The translations under genes were made by a program, and so were the position numbers. A stretch of DNA of 64,000 bases from NCBI GenBank assembly GCA_963790365.1, contig CAWBOU010000052.1:13339-77338 (forward strand), given 5' to 3'. The DNA is from an uncultured delta proteobacterium (GTDB lineage Bacteria > Desulfobacterota > Binatia > JACPRU01). Below the pieces are notes generated by a model. That model was given only the letters and a program-made list of their open reading frames with translations, was not told the origin of the DNA and did no database searches. This document shows, one piece after another, positions 9,295 through 18,146 of this stretch (positions within the stretch are counted from its first letter, which is position 1; the number at the start of each line of letters is the position of its first letter).

Positions 9295-9343
9295 GCTCCC
9301 CCTCACCCGCGCTTCGCGCGGCCTCTCCCCAATGGGGAGAGGC
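9243..9343. repeat. composite palindromic (REP/BIME-like) element of nested hairpins
   Basis: Four hairpins: ccctctcccc/ggggagaggg (9243-9265), gggtgagggggag/ctccccctcaccc (9269-9307), cgcgc-ttc-gcgcg (9308-9320) and gcctctcccc-aat-ggggagaggc (9321-9343). It lies between two same-strand genes. Confidence 0.8.
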
Positions 9344-9355
9344 GAAGACAATCGA

Positions 9356-10114
9356 TCACGGTACCGCGTCCATGAACTCGGCGACCGCGGTGTTGAATGC
9401 GGCCGGCTGATCCAGGTTCGCGGCGTGGCCGGCGCCCGGAATCACCACGCGCCGCGCGCCGGGAATCTTCGCCGCCATGTACTCTCCCGGCTTCACGAAC
9501 GCCTCGTCGCGCTCGCCCCAGAGGACCAGCGTCGGCACGCGGATCTCGGGCAGCGAGTCGATGACGCATGAATCGCGCTGGGCGAGGATTCCGCGCGCGG
9601 CGAGCGCGAGCCCGCGCGGGCCGCGGTGCTGCGCCTCACGCACCTCGGCGCTGCCGCCGAGCGCGGCGAGGCCTTTTTCCTCGAGCCCGCGCGCGTAGCG
9701 CTCGGCGAGCGCGTTCCAGCGCTCGCGGCCCTCGGCGTTCCGATAGCCCGGCCCCGTGTCGAAGAGCATCAGCGCGCACACGCGCTCGCGACACCGGAGG
9801 TGAAAGGCCAGAGACAGATAGCCGCCGAGCGAAAGCCCGCCGACGACCGCGCGGTCGACGCCGCAGGCGTCGAGGATCGCCGCCATGTCGCCGACGGACG
9901 CCTCTTCGGAATACGCCGCCGGATCGTCGGGCGAATCCGAATCGCCGTGGCCGCGGAGATTCCAGGTGATCAGCCGAAAGCGATCGGCGAGCCCGCGCAC
10001 CTGCGGTCCCCACATCCGCGACGTCGCGCCGTAGCCGTGCGTCAGCAGGATCGCCGGGCCGGAGCCGCGATCGTCGTACGAGATGCGGGCGCCGCCGCGC
10101 TCGACCGTAGGCAT
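9356..10114 (-). CDS. alpha/beta hydrolase (enol-lactonase-like)
   Basis: 252 aa with HGYG oxyanion region, nucleophile elbow GLSLGG and C-terminal GAGHAANL. Confidence 0.85.
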   Translation of the reverse strand: MPTVERGGARISYDDRGSGPAILLTHGYGATSRMWGPQVRGLADRFRLITWNLRGHGDSDSPDDPAAYSEEASVGDMAAILDACGVDRAVVGGLSLGGYLSLAFHLRCRERVCALMLFDTGPGYRNAEGRERWNALAERYARGLEEKGLAALGGSAEVREAQHRGPRGLALAARGILAQRDSCVIDSLPEIRVPTLVLWGERDEAFVKPGEYMAAKIPGARRVVIPGAGHAANLDQPAAFNTAVAEFMDAVP

Positions 10115-10161
10115 GGGCGGCGCACTATAGGATAGGAGGAGGGGAGAAGGGAGGGACGACC

Positions 10162-10959
10162 GTGGGGCGACTCGAGAACAAGGTCGCGATCGTCATGGGC
10201 GCGGGCCAGACGCCGGGCGACACGATCGGCAACGGGCGCGCGACCGCGGTGCTCTTCGCGCGCGAAGGCGCGCGGGTGATGCTCGTCGATCGCGATCTCG
10301 ACTCGGCGCGCGAAACGGAGCGGATGATCGGCGAAGCGGGCGGCGAATCGTTCGCCTTCGCGGCCGACGTCGCGAAGAGCGACGACTGCCGCGCCGTCGT
10401 CGAGGCGTGTCGCGCGCGCTGGGGACGAATCGACGTCCTCCACAACAACGTCGGCATCGGCGCCGGCGATTCCGGCCCGGTTCATCTCACCGAGGAAGCC
10501 TGGGATCGGATCCTCGACGTGAACCTAAAGAGCGTGTTTCTCGCGTGCAAACACGTGCTCCCCATCATGCGAGAGCAACAGTGCGGCGCGATCATCAACG
10601 TCTCCTCGATCGCGGCCGTCTGTTCCGTCGGCCTCCTCGCCTACAAGGCGTCGAAGGCGGGCGTGAACGCGCTCACGCACTCGCTCGCGATCGGCAACGC
10701 GGAGCACGGCATCCGGGTGAACGCGATCATGCCGGGGCTGATGAACACGCCGATGGCGATCGAGGGCATCTCCGCGGAGCGGCGCATCGCGAAGGTAGAT
10801 TTGATCCGCGCGCGCGACGCGCAGGTGCCGCTCGGACGGAAGATGGGCACGGCATGGGACGTCGCCTACGCCGCGCTCTATCTCGCGTCCGACGAGGCGA
10901 AGTTCGTGACGGGCGTCGTGCTGCCCGTGGACGGCGGGCAAAGCGCGCGAATCGGCTGA
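10162..10959 (+). CDS. SDR family oxidoreductase (FabG-like)
   Basis: GTG start preceded by GGAGG-type RBS. Contains KVAIVMGAG...NNVG and the YKASKAG catalytic motif. Confidence 0.85.
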   Translation: MGRLENKVAIVMGAGQTPGDTIGNGRATAVLFAREGARVMLVDRDLDSARETERMIGEAGGESFAFAADVAKSDDCRAVVEACRARWGRIDVLHNNVGIGAGDSGPVHLTEEAWDRILDVNLKSVFLACKHVLPIMREQQCGAIINVSSIAAVCSVGLLAYKASKAGVNALTHSLAIGNAEHGIRVNAIMPGLMNTPMAIEGISAERRIAKVDLIRARDAQVPLGRKMGTAWDVAYAALYLASDEAKFVTGVVLPVDGGQSARIG

Positions 10960-10980
10960 GCGCTTCGCGATCGCGCGGCA

Positions 10981-13047
10981 CTACTGGAGCGCGACGCCCG
11001 AGGCGCGGCGCTCGAACATCCTGGCGACGGCGCGCGCGATCTCGTCGATCGCCTCCTCGGGCGGGTTGCCGCGCGGGTGGATCCCGCAGATCGCGGTCGT
11101 CGCCGAGTGGTCGAGCCCGCCGCTCCAGCGGGAGCGACCGTCGGCGTCGCGGCCCCACGTGAGATACGCCGAGAGCGTGTTCCACCCCGTGCCGGGCCGC
11201 TCCCCGATGAAGTGAAGGACGGCGTCGACGTCGAGGACCTCGCCGACGTGATAGCCGGCGCGAACGCGGCCGTTCGTGACGACGATCTCCGCGCTCGCCG
11301 CTTCGCCGAGCCGCGCGCGGAGCGGCGGCAACAGCGAACGCAGATTCTCGTTCACCGCGTCCGCATTGAGCCCGTCGGAGACGATGATCTGGAGGCGCGG
11401 GCGCTGCGCCGGGTGGAGGGCGACGATGCGCGCGACGTCCGCGTCACGAATCCGCTCGCCGGATGGCGGGTGCGCGAGGAAATCGTCGCGGCTGGCGGCG
11501 AGCGTCCGCACCCGGAGAGCGCGCGGCGCGGCGTCGCGGAGGACCGTCGCGTCGATCTCGGCGTAGAGCGCGTGCCGCGCATTCGCATGGATCGCTTCGA
11601 TCCTCCGGCGGATCTCGGGCGGATCCGCTTCCGCGGTGCCGGGGCCGAAGCCGAGATCGAAGCCGCGCTCGGCGAGCGCGGCGATCCGGCGCGCGCCTTC
11701 CGCGCGGAGCGCTTCTTCTCCTCGCGCGTCGCCGCCGGCCTTTCGGTAGCGCGCGTAGAGCGCGGCCGTCGCATCCGCGGCGCCGTCGCCCGCGCCAAGC
11801 GCCTGGAGCCGGCGCTCCATCGCCGTCGTCATCCGCCGGCCGGTGAGGCGGCGGAGCCGCAAATGCTCGCGGAACGACGTCGTCAGATAGCCGAGCATCG
11901 GGTCCGCATTCCCCGCCACCGCCATCAAGTACGCGGGCGCGGCGCGCTCGGTGATGTCCGCCGTCAGCGCCTGGAGCTCCGCAGGCGCGATCCCCATGTG
12001 GAACGTCGAGCAGACGTCGAGGCCCATCGTGAGCCCGTGGAGCTTCGCCATCACCACGTCCTCGAGGCACGCGCGACGGAGCTGCTCCCCCGTGCGGAAG
12101 ACCTCGGGCCCGATGAAGCCCGCGACGTCGTTGACGATCGTCCACTTGCCGCCGCAGCGGCGCCGGATCGCGCGCGCCGCGCCATAGGTGCGCGCTTCGA
12201 GCGTCGTCATGTCGACGCCCTCGGCCGCTCCGTTCGTCACCTCCGAGCCCTGACCGGTCTCGAAGTAGAGACCGTCGAAGCCGGCGGCGAGGTCGGCGAT
12301 CCCGTCGACGTCGAGCCCGACCATGCCCCCGAGCGAGCGCGACGTGCCGGCGAGGCTCTGGAAGCCGACGTCGACGCGGGTCCGGGAGCGCGCGCTCGCC
12401 TGCTTGACGATGTCCGAGAGCACGCAGGTGCGCGTCGGTAGCTCGAGCCGCTCCACTACGGACATCAAGAGATTTTCCAAACGGACAATCGTCTCGAGGT
12501 CGTCGCTCGCGGGGTTCAAGCCGAGGATCACGTCGCCGCAGCCGTGCGCGAGGCCTTCGAGGATCGAAAAGAGGATCTCCTCCTCGTCGTCGCCCGGGCT
12601 GTTCGGCTGGATGCGAGAGCCGAAGTGCGCGGCGGAGCCGATCGCGATCCCGGGCCCGCTCGCGGGCAGCGCATGGAAAAGGCGCCGCGAGATCGCCGAG
12701 AGCTCCGCGTCGCTCGAGATCTTCGCGACCGCCGCGGTGACCTCGCTGCGGAGCGAAGGGGCGTGGCGCGCGACCCAGTCGGGCGCCGCGTCCGAGAGCA
12801 GAATCGCGCGGACGTCGGCGACGGTGTGCGACGCAATCTCGGCTGCGCGCGCGCGATCGACGGAATGGGCGATCGCTTCGGTGACACCGTCGTCGACGAA
12901 CGCATGGCGCGCGATCGCGCCGAGGGTCGTGGCGGCGAGCTCGGCGCGCGCTTCCTGACGGACGTCGTCGTCCGTCGTGCCGCCGATCGAGAGATCGCCT
13001 TCTTTGAACGCGCTCGCGAGAGCGAACGTTCGGCCGAGCTCGCTCAC
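10981..13047 (-). CDS. ethanolamine ammonia-lyase-like, fused large (EutB-like) and small (EutC-like) parts
   Basis: 688 aa. The N-terminal ~450 aa are EutB-like (...NADPMLGYLTTSFREH...). The C-terminal ~230 aa are EutC-like (IVSDGLNADAV...GRVRAGYHVGE...FIGERPG). Confidence 0.7.
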   Translation of the reverse strand: MSELGRTFALASAFKEGDLSIGGTTDDDVRQEARAELAATTLGAIARHAFVDDGVTEAIAHSVDRARAAEIASHTVADVRAILLSDAAPDWVARHAPSLRSEVTAAVAKISSDAELSAISRRLFHALPASGPGIAIGSAAHFGSRIQPNSPGDDEEEILFSILEGLAHGCGDVILGLNPASDDLETIVRLENLLMSVVERLELPTRTCVLSDIVKQASARSRTRVDVGFQSLAGTSRSLGGMVGLDVDGIADLAAGFDGLYFETGQGSEVTNGAAEGVDMTTLEARTYGAARAIRRRCGGKWTIVNDVAGFIGPEVFRTGEQLRRACLEDVVMAKLHGLTMGLDVCSTFHMGIAPAELQALTADITERAAPAYLMAVAGNADPMLGYLTTSFREHLRLRRLTGRRMTTAMERRLQALGAGDGAADATAALYARYRKAGGDARGEEALRAEGARRIAALAERGFDLGFGPGTAEADPPEIRRRIEAIHANARHALYAEIDATVLRDAAPRALRVRTLAASRDDFLAHPPSGERIRDADVARIVALHPAQRPRLQIIVSDGLNADAVNENLRSLLPPLRARLGEAASAEIVVTNGRVRAGYHVGEVLDVDAVLHFIGERPGTGWNTLSAYLTWGRDADGRSRWSGGLDHSATTAICGIHPRGNPPEEAIDEIARAVARMFERRASGVALQ

Positions 13048-13104
13048 CGCCCTCGTCCTACCAGCCGATCGGGGTTCGGACGAGGGCGGTGGATAGGATG
13101 ATCG

Positions 13105-13947
13105 CTACTGCGGATTCTGGCCGGCCGGAGGCGCCGGGTTCTGCGCCGGCTGCGCGTCGGGCTGCGCCGGCTGCTGCGGAGCCGCCGGCTGCTCGGCCGG
13201 TTTCTCCGCCGGTTTGTTCTCCATCGTCGCTTCGTTGCCCACCTTGGCGAGCTGCTCCTGGCGAAGCTCGGCACTCGCCTTGTTCTCCTTGGCGACGAAG
13301 CTCGGGTCCGGACCCTTGTCCTCGGCCGGGGCCGCAGGCGCCTGGGCCGTGTCCGACGCCGCATCGGTCGGCGGCGGCGCGGCGGCGGCCGCGCCCGCGT
13401 TCATCTCGGCGCCAGCGGCCGCGGCGTTTGCCGATCCCGTCGGCGGGCTCGCGGGTGCCGCGACTTCGGCGCTCGCGGCCGGTTTCTGCGCGCTGGCACC
13501 GGCGCTCGCGCCCATGCCCTCGCTTCCGGCGCCGGCCATGCCGGCCGGCATTCCGGCACCTGATCCCTTGGTGCCGCCCTGCGACGTGTCCGTTGCGCCG
13601 CCCGTCACCTGCGGCGCGCCGCCGCTGTAAGGAGACGAGACGTTTGCGCCGGACGGAGCGCCGCCAGCGGCAGCCGCGTCACCGGGCACCGCGCCCGGAA
13701 CCGCCTCCGCGCCCTTGCCCGCGCTCGGCCCCGCATCGAGCGGCTTCAGCTCCGTTTTCGGCGCCTTCGAATTCGATGCGACGGCTTGCGGATTCGCCGC
13801 GGCCGCGGCCGACGACGGCCGCGCCCCGGCGATCGAGCCCGTGCCGGGATTCGGAATCCCACCCTCTTGCGCGCTGGCGCTTCCCGCGACCAGCGAAATT
13901 GCGCCGACGAACAGCGCGGCGCGCGACAGTTTCCTTGCACTAGACAT
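13105..13947 (-). CDS. secreted Ala/Gly/Pro-rich low-complexity protein
   Basis: Signal peptide MSSARKLSRAALFVGAISLVAGSASAQ, then low complexity. The opposite-strand ORF is Arg/Pro-rich and looks spurious. Confidence 0.45.
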   Translation of the reverse strand: MSSARKLSRAALFVGAISLVAGSASAQEGGIPNPGTGSIAGARPSSAAAAANPQAVASNSKAPKTELKPLDAGPSAGKGAEAVPGAVPGDAAAAGGAPSGANVSSPYSGGAPQVTGGATDTSQGGTKGSGAGMPAGMAGAGSEGMGASAGASAQKPAASAEVAAPASPPTGSANAAAAGAEMNAGAAAAAPPPTDAASDTAQAPAAPAEDKGPDPSFVAKENKASAELRQEQLAKVGNEATMENKPAEKPAEQPAAPQQPAQPDAQPAQNPAPPAGQNPQ

Positions 13948-14163
13948 ACGTCGCGTCCTCCTTTCGGATTCCCTCTACAGTTCAACCGCCGACGCCCCGT
14001 CGCGTATCGCGCGCAGAGATTCGGCGGCACGGCCGACGATTTTGTGCCACCGAATCCGGGAGCTTCCGAGACCCGCAAATCCAACCGTCGAGAATCGCAT
14101 CGGAAACGGCCGTGCCATCCACTGCGCAAGACGTGGCCCTCTCCTTGCGATTGACGAGCTGCG

Positions 14164-15582
14164 ATGGCGATTCCGACGGCAACCGCTACGAACGTTCGTC
14201 ACGCGCTCAATCGATGGACGTTCGGGCCGACCGCCGCGCTCACCGCGGAGGTGACGAAGAGCGGTCTCGGCGCGTACCTCGAGTCCCAACTTTTGAATTG
14301 GCGGAATCCCGATCCCGCGGCGGACGCCGCGGTCGCGGGCCTGATCATGTTCCGGAGCTCGACGGCGGAGCTCGCCGCGTATCCGGCCGACGGAGCCGGG
14401 CACGTCGAGGACGAGCTGCAGACGGCCACCATCCTCCGGGCGACGTACGGCTCGCACCAGCTCTACGAGCGGATGGTCGAGCTCTGGACCGACCACTTCG
14501 CGATCGATCTCGGCGCGGACGACCAGTGGTTCTTGAAGCCCGCCCACGACCGCGAGGTGATCCGCGCGCACGCGCTCGGTCGCTTCGAGGATCTGCTGAT
14601 CGCGTCCTCGGCGAGCCCCGCCATGCTTCACTTCCTCGACCAGGCGAAGAGCACCGCGGGCAATCCGAACGAGAATTTCGCGCGTGAGCTCCTCGAGCTC
14701 CACACGCTCGGGGTGGACGGCGGCTACGACGAGACCGACGTCGAAGAAACGGCGCGGCTACTGACGGGGTGGAGCTTCGATCGTCAAAGCTGGGCGTTCT
14801 CCTTCCGGAAGGGCGTGCACGATCCGGCGCCCGCGACCATCCTCGGCAAGACCTACGGTGGCTCCGGTCCCGAGGGCGGGGTCGCGCTTCTGAAAGATCT
14901 GGCGCACCATCCGGCGACGGCACGCTTCCTCGCGCTGAAGCTTTGTCGGCGCTTCGTGTCCGACGACCCGTCCCCCACGCTCGTGAGCTCGGTCGCGGCG
15001 GCTTACCTCGCCGCGGATACCGATATCGCAGCGACGCTTCGGCACCTCTTCAACCACTCGGAGTTCTGGAGCTCCGCCGAGAAGAAACATCGCCGGCCGA
15101 TCGACGCGATGGTCGCGTTCCTCCGCGCGACGTCGACGCGCCCGGTCGTCACTCACGACGAGTACTGGTCGGCGCTCTGGCTCCGAAGATCTTTCGTCGT
15201 CGCCTTCGAGATGCTCGGGCAGGCGCCGATGCGATGGCCGGATCCCGACGGCTATCCGGAGGCGGCGGCGGCGTGGATCCACCCAGTCGGGCTCCTCGCG
15301 CGCTGGAACGCGTTTCTCGCCGTCGTGCAGAGCTGGTACTGGAGCTTCTCGTTCGATCCGACGGCCGTGCTGGGCAGCCGGTTGCCGGCAAGCGCAGGCG
15401 CGTTCGTCGACACCGTCGTGAAGGCGCTCCTCTCACGCCTGCCGACGACCGCGGAGCGAAATGGGTACCTCACCTATCTCGGGCTCACGGCCAAGGCGCG
15501 CGTGGATCCCGCAACGTACGACGTTCGCGCGCGCCATCTGATCGCGCTCGTCGCGAGCTCGCCCGCCTTCCAGAAGCGCTGA
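14164..15582 (+). CDS. DUF1800 domain protein
   Basis: 472 aa. NENFARELLELHTLGVDGGYDETDVEETARLLTGWSF is the DUF1800 core. Confidence 0.75.
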   Translation: MAIPTATATNVRHALNRWTFGPTAALTAEVTKSGLGAYLESQLLNWRNPDPAADAAVAGLIMFRSSTAELAAYPADGAGHVEDELQTATILRATYGSHQLYERMVELWTDHFAIDLGADDQWFLKPAHDREVIRAHALGRFEDLLIASSASPAMLHFLDQAKSTAGNPNENFARELLELHTLGVDGGYDETDVEETARLLTGWSFDRQSWAFSFRKGVHDPAPATILGKTYGGSGPEGGVALLKDLAHHPATARFLALKLCRRFVSDDPSPTLVSSVAAAYLAADTDIAATLRHLFNHSEFWSSAEKKHRRPIDAMVAFLRATSTRPVVTHDEYWSALWLRRSFVVAFEMLGQAPMRWPDPDGYPEAAAAWIHPVGLLARWNAFLAVVQSWYWSFSFDPTAVLGSRLPASAGAFVDTVVKALLSRLPTTAERNGYLTYLGLTAKARVDPATYDVRARHLIALVASSPAFQKR

Positions 15583-15595
15583 AGAGGCACCTTCG

Positions 15596-16801
15596 ATGCA
15601 ACCGACACTTCATCGTCGATCGTTTCTCAAAGGCCTCGGCCTCGCCGGCGGCGCGCTCCTCTGCGACGGTGCGTTCGCCCGTCTCGCGTTCGGCGCGGGC
15701 GGCCGGGATCTTCTCGTCTCGATCTTCCTCCGCGGCGGCCTGGACGCTCTGAACGCGGTCGTGCCCGCCCACGAGGCGGCCTATTACGACGCGCGGCCGA
15801 CGATTGCAGTGCCGGAAGCGTTGCTCCTGCCGCTCGATGGGAGCTTCGGTCTTCATCCGAAGCTCGCACCTCTGCATCCCCTCTACACGTCCGGCCGGCT
15901 TGCGATCGTGCACGCGGCGGGCAACCCCGATCCCTCGCGCAGTCATTTCAAGGCGCAGGCGTCGATGGAGCGCGCCGGTTATCAAGCGTCGCCGGTCACG
16001 ACCGGCTGGATCGACCGCCATCTGTCGAGCACGTGGTCTTCGGCGCGGACGGCGTTCGGCGGTCTGTCGGTCGGCGACACGCTGCCGGCGAGTCTCCACG
16101 GCCCGGCGGCGGAGATCTCGATGCGGAACCTCGACGAGGTTTCGTTGCTCGCGGATCCGCTCGAACGCGCCCGTTACGAAGCGGCGATGTGGTCTCTCTA
16201 CGGGGCCGCCGCGACTCCGCTCCAGTCGGGTCGTGCGATGCTCGACGCGTTGACGGAAGCGGAGGCGGCTGCGGCATTGCCGGCATCGACGGTCGCCTAT
16301 CCGAACGGTGAGCTCGGCGCGAAGCTCAGCGACGTCGCGCGTCTCGTCCGCGCGAACGTCGGTCTCGAAGCGGTCGCCCTCGACTTCTCGCGTTGGGATC
16401 TCCACGTCGACATCGGCTCACCGGACAACGGTCGGCTGGCGAAGAAGCTCGGTGAGCTCGCCGATTCGCTCGCGGCCTTCGTCACGGACCTCGGCAGCGC
16501 CTTCGCGACGACCACGATCGTCGTGATGAGCGAGTTCGGGCGACGTGTCGCTGAAAACGGCGGCGGTGGCACCGATCACGGGCACGGCGGGTGCCTCTTC
16601 GTGCTCGGCGGCGCGATTCGCGGCGGGCAGGTCTACGGCTCGTGGCCCGGCCTCGACGCTTCGAGCCTCGATCGAGGCGACCTCGCGATCACGACCGACT
16701 ATCGCGACGTGCTCGCCGAGATCGTCACGGCCCGTCTCGGCAATCCGAATCTCGCTGCCGTTTTCCCCGGCTACACGCCGCGGCCGGTCGGTCTCGTATA
16801 G
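15596..16801 (+). CDS. DUF1501 domain protein with Tat signal
   Basis: Twin-arginine signal HRRSFLKGLGLAGGALL, sulfatase-like core and ...GTDHGHGG. Sits immediately after its usual DUF1800 partner. Confidence 0.8.
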   Translation: MQPTLHRRSFLKGLGLAGGALLCDGAFARLAFGAGGRDLLVSIFLRGGLDALNAVVPAHEAAYYDARPTIAVPEALLLPLDGSFGLHPKLAPLHPLYTSGRLAIVHAAGNPDPSRSHFKAQASMERAGYQASPVTTGWIDRHLSSTWSSARTAFGGLSVGDTLPASLHGPAAEISMRNLDEVSLLADPLERARYEAAMWSLYGAAATPLQSGRAMLDALTEAEAAAALPASTVAYPNGELGAKLSDVARLVRANVGLEAVALDFSRWDLHVDIGSPDNGRLAKKLGELADSLAAFVTDLGSAFATTTIVVMSEFGRRVAENGGGGTDHGHGGCLFVLGGAIRGGQVYGSWPGLDASSLDRGDLAITTDYRDVLAEIVTARLGNPNLAAVFPGYTPRPVGLV

Positions 16802-16802
16802 C

Positions 16803-18068
16803 TCACCAGCGGACGGGGAGCGCCGTCGGACCGCGGAGGACGACGGAGCGTTTCCAATGACGCGGCTTCGTCTCGCCTTCGAGGTCGGGGAACCGGCGGA
16901 GGAGCGTGTTCACGGCGACTTGGGCTTCGACGCGCGCGAGGGCGGCGCCGAGGCAGAAGTGGATGCCGTGACCGAACGACAGATGATCGTTGTCCTTGCG
17001 GCCGAGATCGAGCCGATCGGGATCAGAAAAGCGACGCGGGTCGCGATTCGCCGCACCGAGAAGCAGGAGAGCGGTCCCACCGGCTCGTAGCGTGCGGCCG
17101 CCGATCTCGCAGTCTTCGGCCGCCACGCGATCGGTGGCTTGCACCGGGCTGTCGTAGCGGAGGAACTCCTCCACGGCCGTGCCGATCAGCGACGGATCGT
17201 CCTGCAGACGGCGGCGCTCGGTCGGATTGCGAAGCAGCGCGAGCACCGCGTTCGCGATCAGGTTCGTGGTCGTCTCGTGCCCGGCGCCGAGGATCAGCAT
17301 CACGAGCGCTTGGAGGTCGGTCTCGTCGATCTTCTGACCCTGCTCTTCGACGGCGACGAGCGCGCTGATCAAGTCGTCGCGCGGCTCGCGCCGGCGCGCT
17401 TCGAACACGCCGCGCATGTACACCGTGAGCTCTTCGTAGGCTCGCTGGCAGGGCTCGAGTCCGTCCTTTGCCTGCAAGGGATCGAGGATCGCCGTCAGGG
17501 TGTCGGACCATTCCTTGAAACGGTCGCGGTCTTCGATCGGGACGCCGAGGAGCGCGGCGATCACGATGACGGGCAGCGGATAGGCGAGGTCGTGAACGAG
17601 CTCCATCTCGCGCCGCGAAGCGACCGCATCGAGGAGCTCGTCGACGAGCGCTTGGACGCGCGGCCGGAGCGATTCGACCACGCGCGGGGTGAACGCCTTG
17701 GTCACGAGGCGCCGGAGCCGCGTGTGATCAGGCGGATCGAGCATCAAGAGGCTCCGCATGATGCCGTGCTCGAACTCCGGCTTCAGATTCCGGAACGGGC
17801 GCATGCGCTGCATGAGGTGTGCGTTCTGGCGGTTCGCCGAGAAGCGCGAATCGCCGAGGACCGCCGCCACGTCGTCGTAGCGCGAGAGCACACAGCCGCC
17901 GGCGAGCGCGCGCGGGAAGTGGACCGGATGCTCCTCGCGCATGCGTCGGTACGTCGGATAGGGGTCGATCCGGTACCGCGGGTGAAACGGGTTGAACGGC
18001 CCGATCAGCGGGCCGAGCACCCGCATCGGCCAGCCCCAGCCGATCACCGTTTGGATGAGTCGCAACAT
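16803..18068 (-). CDS. cytochrome P450
   Basis: Internal ATG at 18068 (MLRLIQTV...). Contains the AGHETT I-helix, the ExxR motif (EFLR) and the heme loop FGHGIHFCLGAALA. The upstream 375 codons of the 796-aa ORF are a shadow of the divergent gene. Confidence 0.9.
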   Translation of the reverse strand: MLRLIQTVIGWGWPMRVLGPLIGPFNPFHPRYRIDPYPTYRRMREEHPVHFPRALAGGCVLSRYDDVAAVLGDSRFSANRQNAHLMQRMRPFRNLKPEFEHGIMRSLLMLDPPDHTRLRRLVTKAFTPRVVESLRPRVQALVDELLDAVASRREMELVHDLAYPLPVIVIAALLGVPIEDRDRFKEWSDTLTAILDPLQAKDGLEPCQRAYEELTVYMRGVFEARRREPRDDLISALVAVEEQGQKIDETDLQALVMLILGAGHETTTNLIANAVLALLRNPTERRRLQDDPSLIGTAVEEFLRYDSPVQATDRVAAEDCEIGGRTLRAGGTALLLLGAANRDPRRFSDPDRLDLGRKDNDHLSFGHGIHFCLGAALARVEAQVAVNTLLRRFPDLEGETKPRHWKRSVVLRGPTALPVRW

Positions 18069-18146
18069 CACGGCCTCCGAATCGGCGCGCCATCTATCTG
18101 ATTTTCCCGCTTCGGCGACAGCACGATCTTTCGGTAAGATCCCCGC

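Noticed and set aside
9243-9343. PLPKGERG / SPLGRG peptides as a collagen-like or real repeat protein
   Set aside because: They are translations of the palindromic DNA element in several frames and on both strands, so this is a DNA-level repeat.
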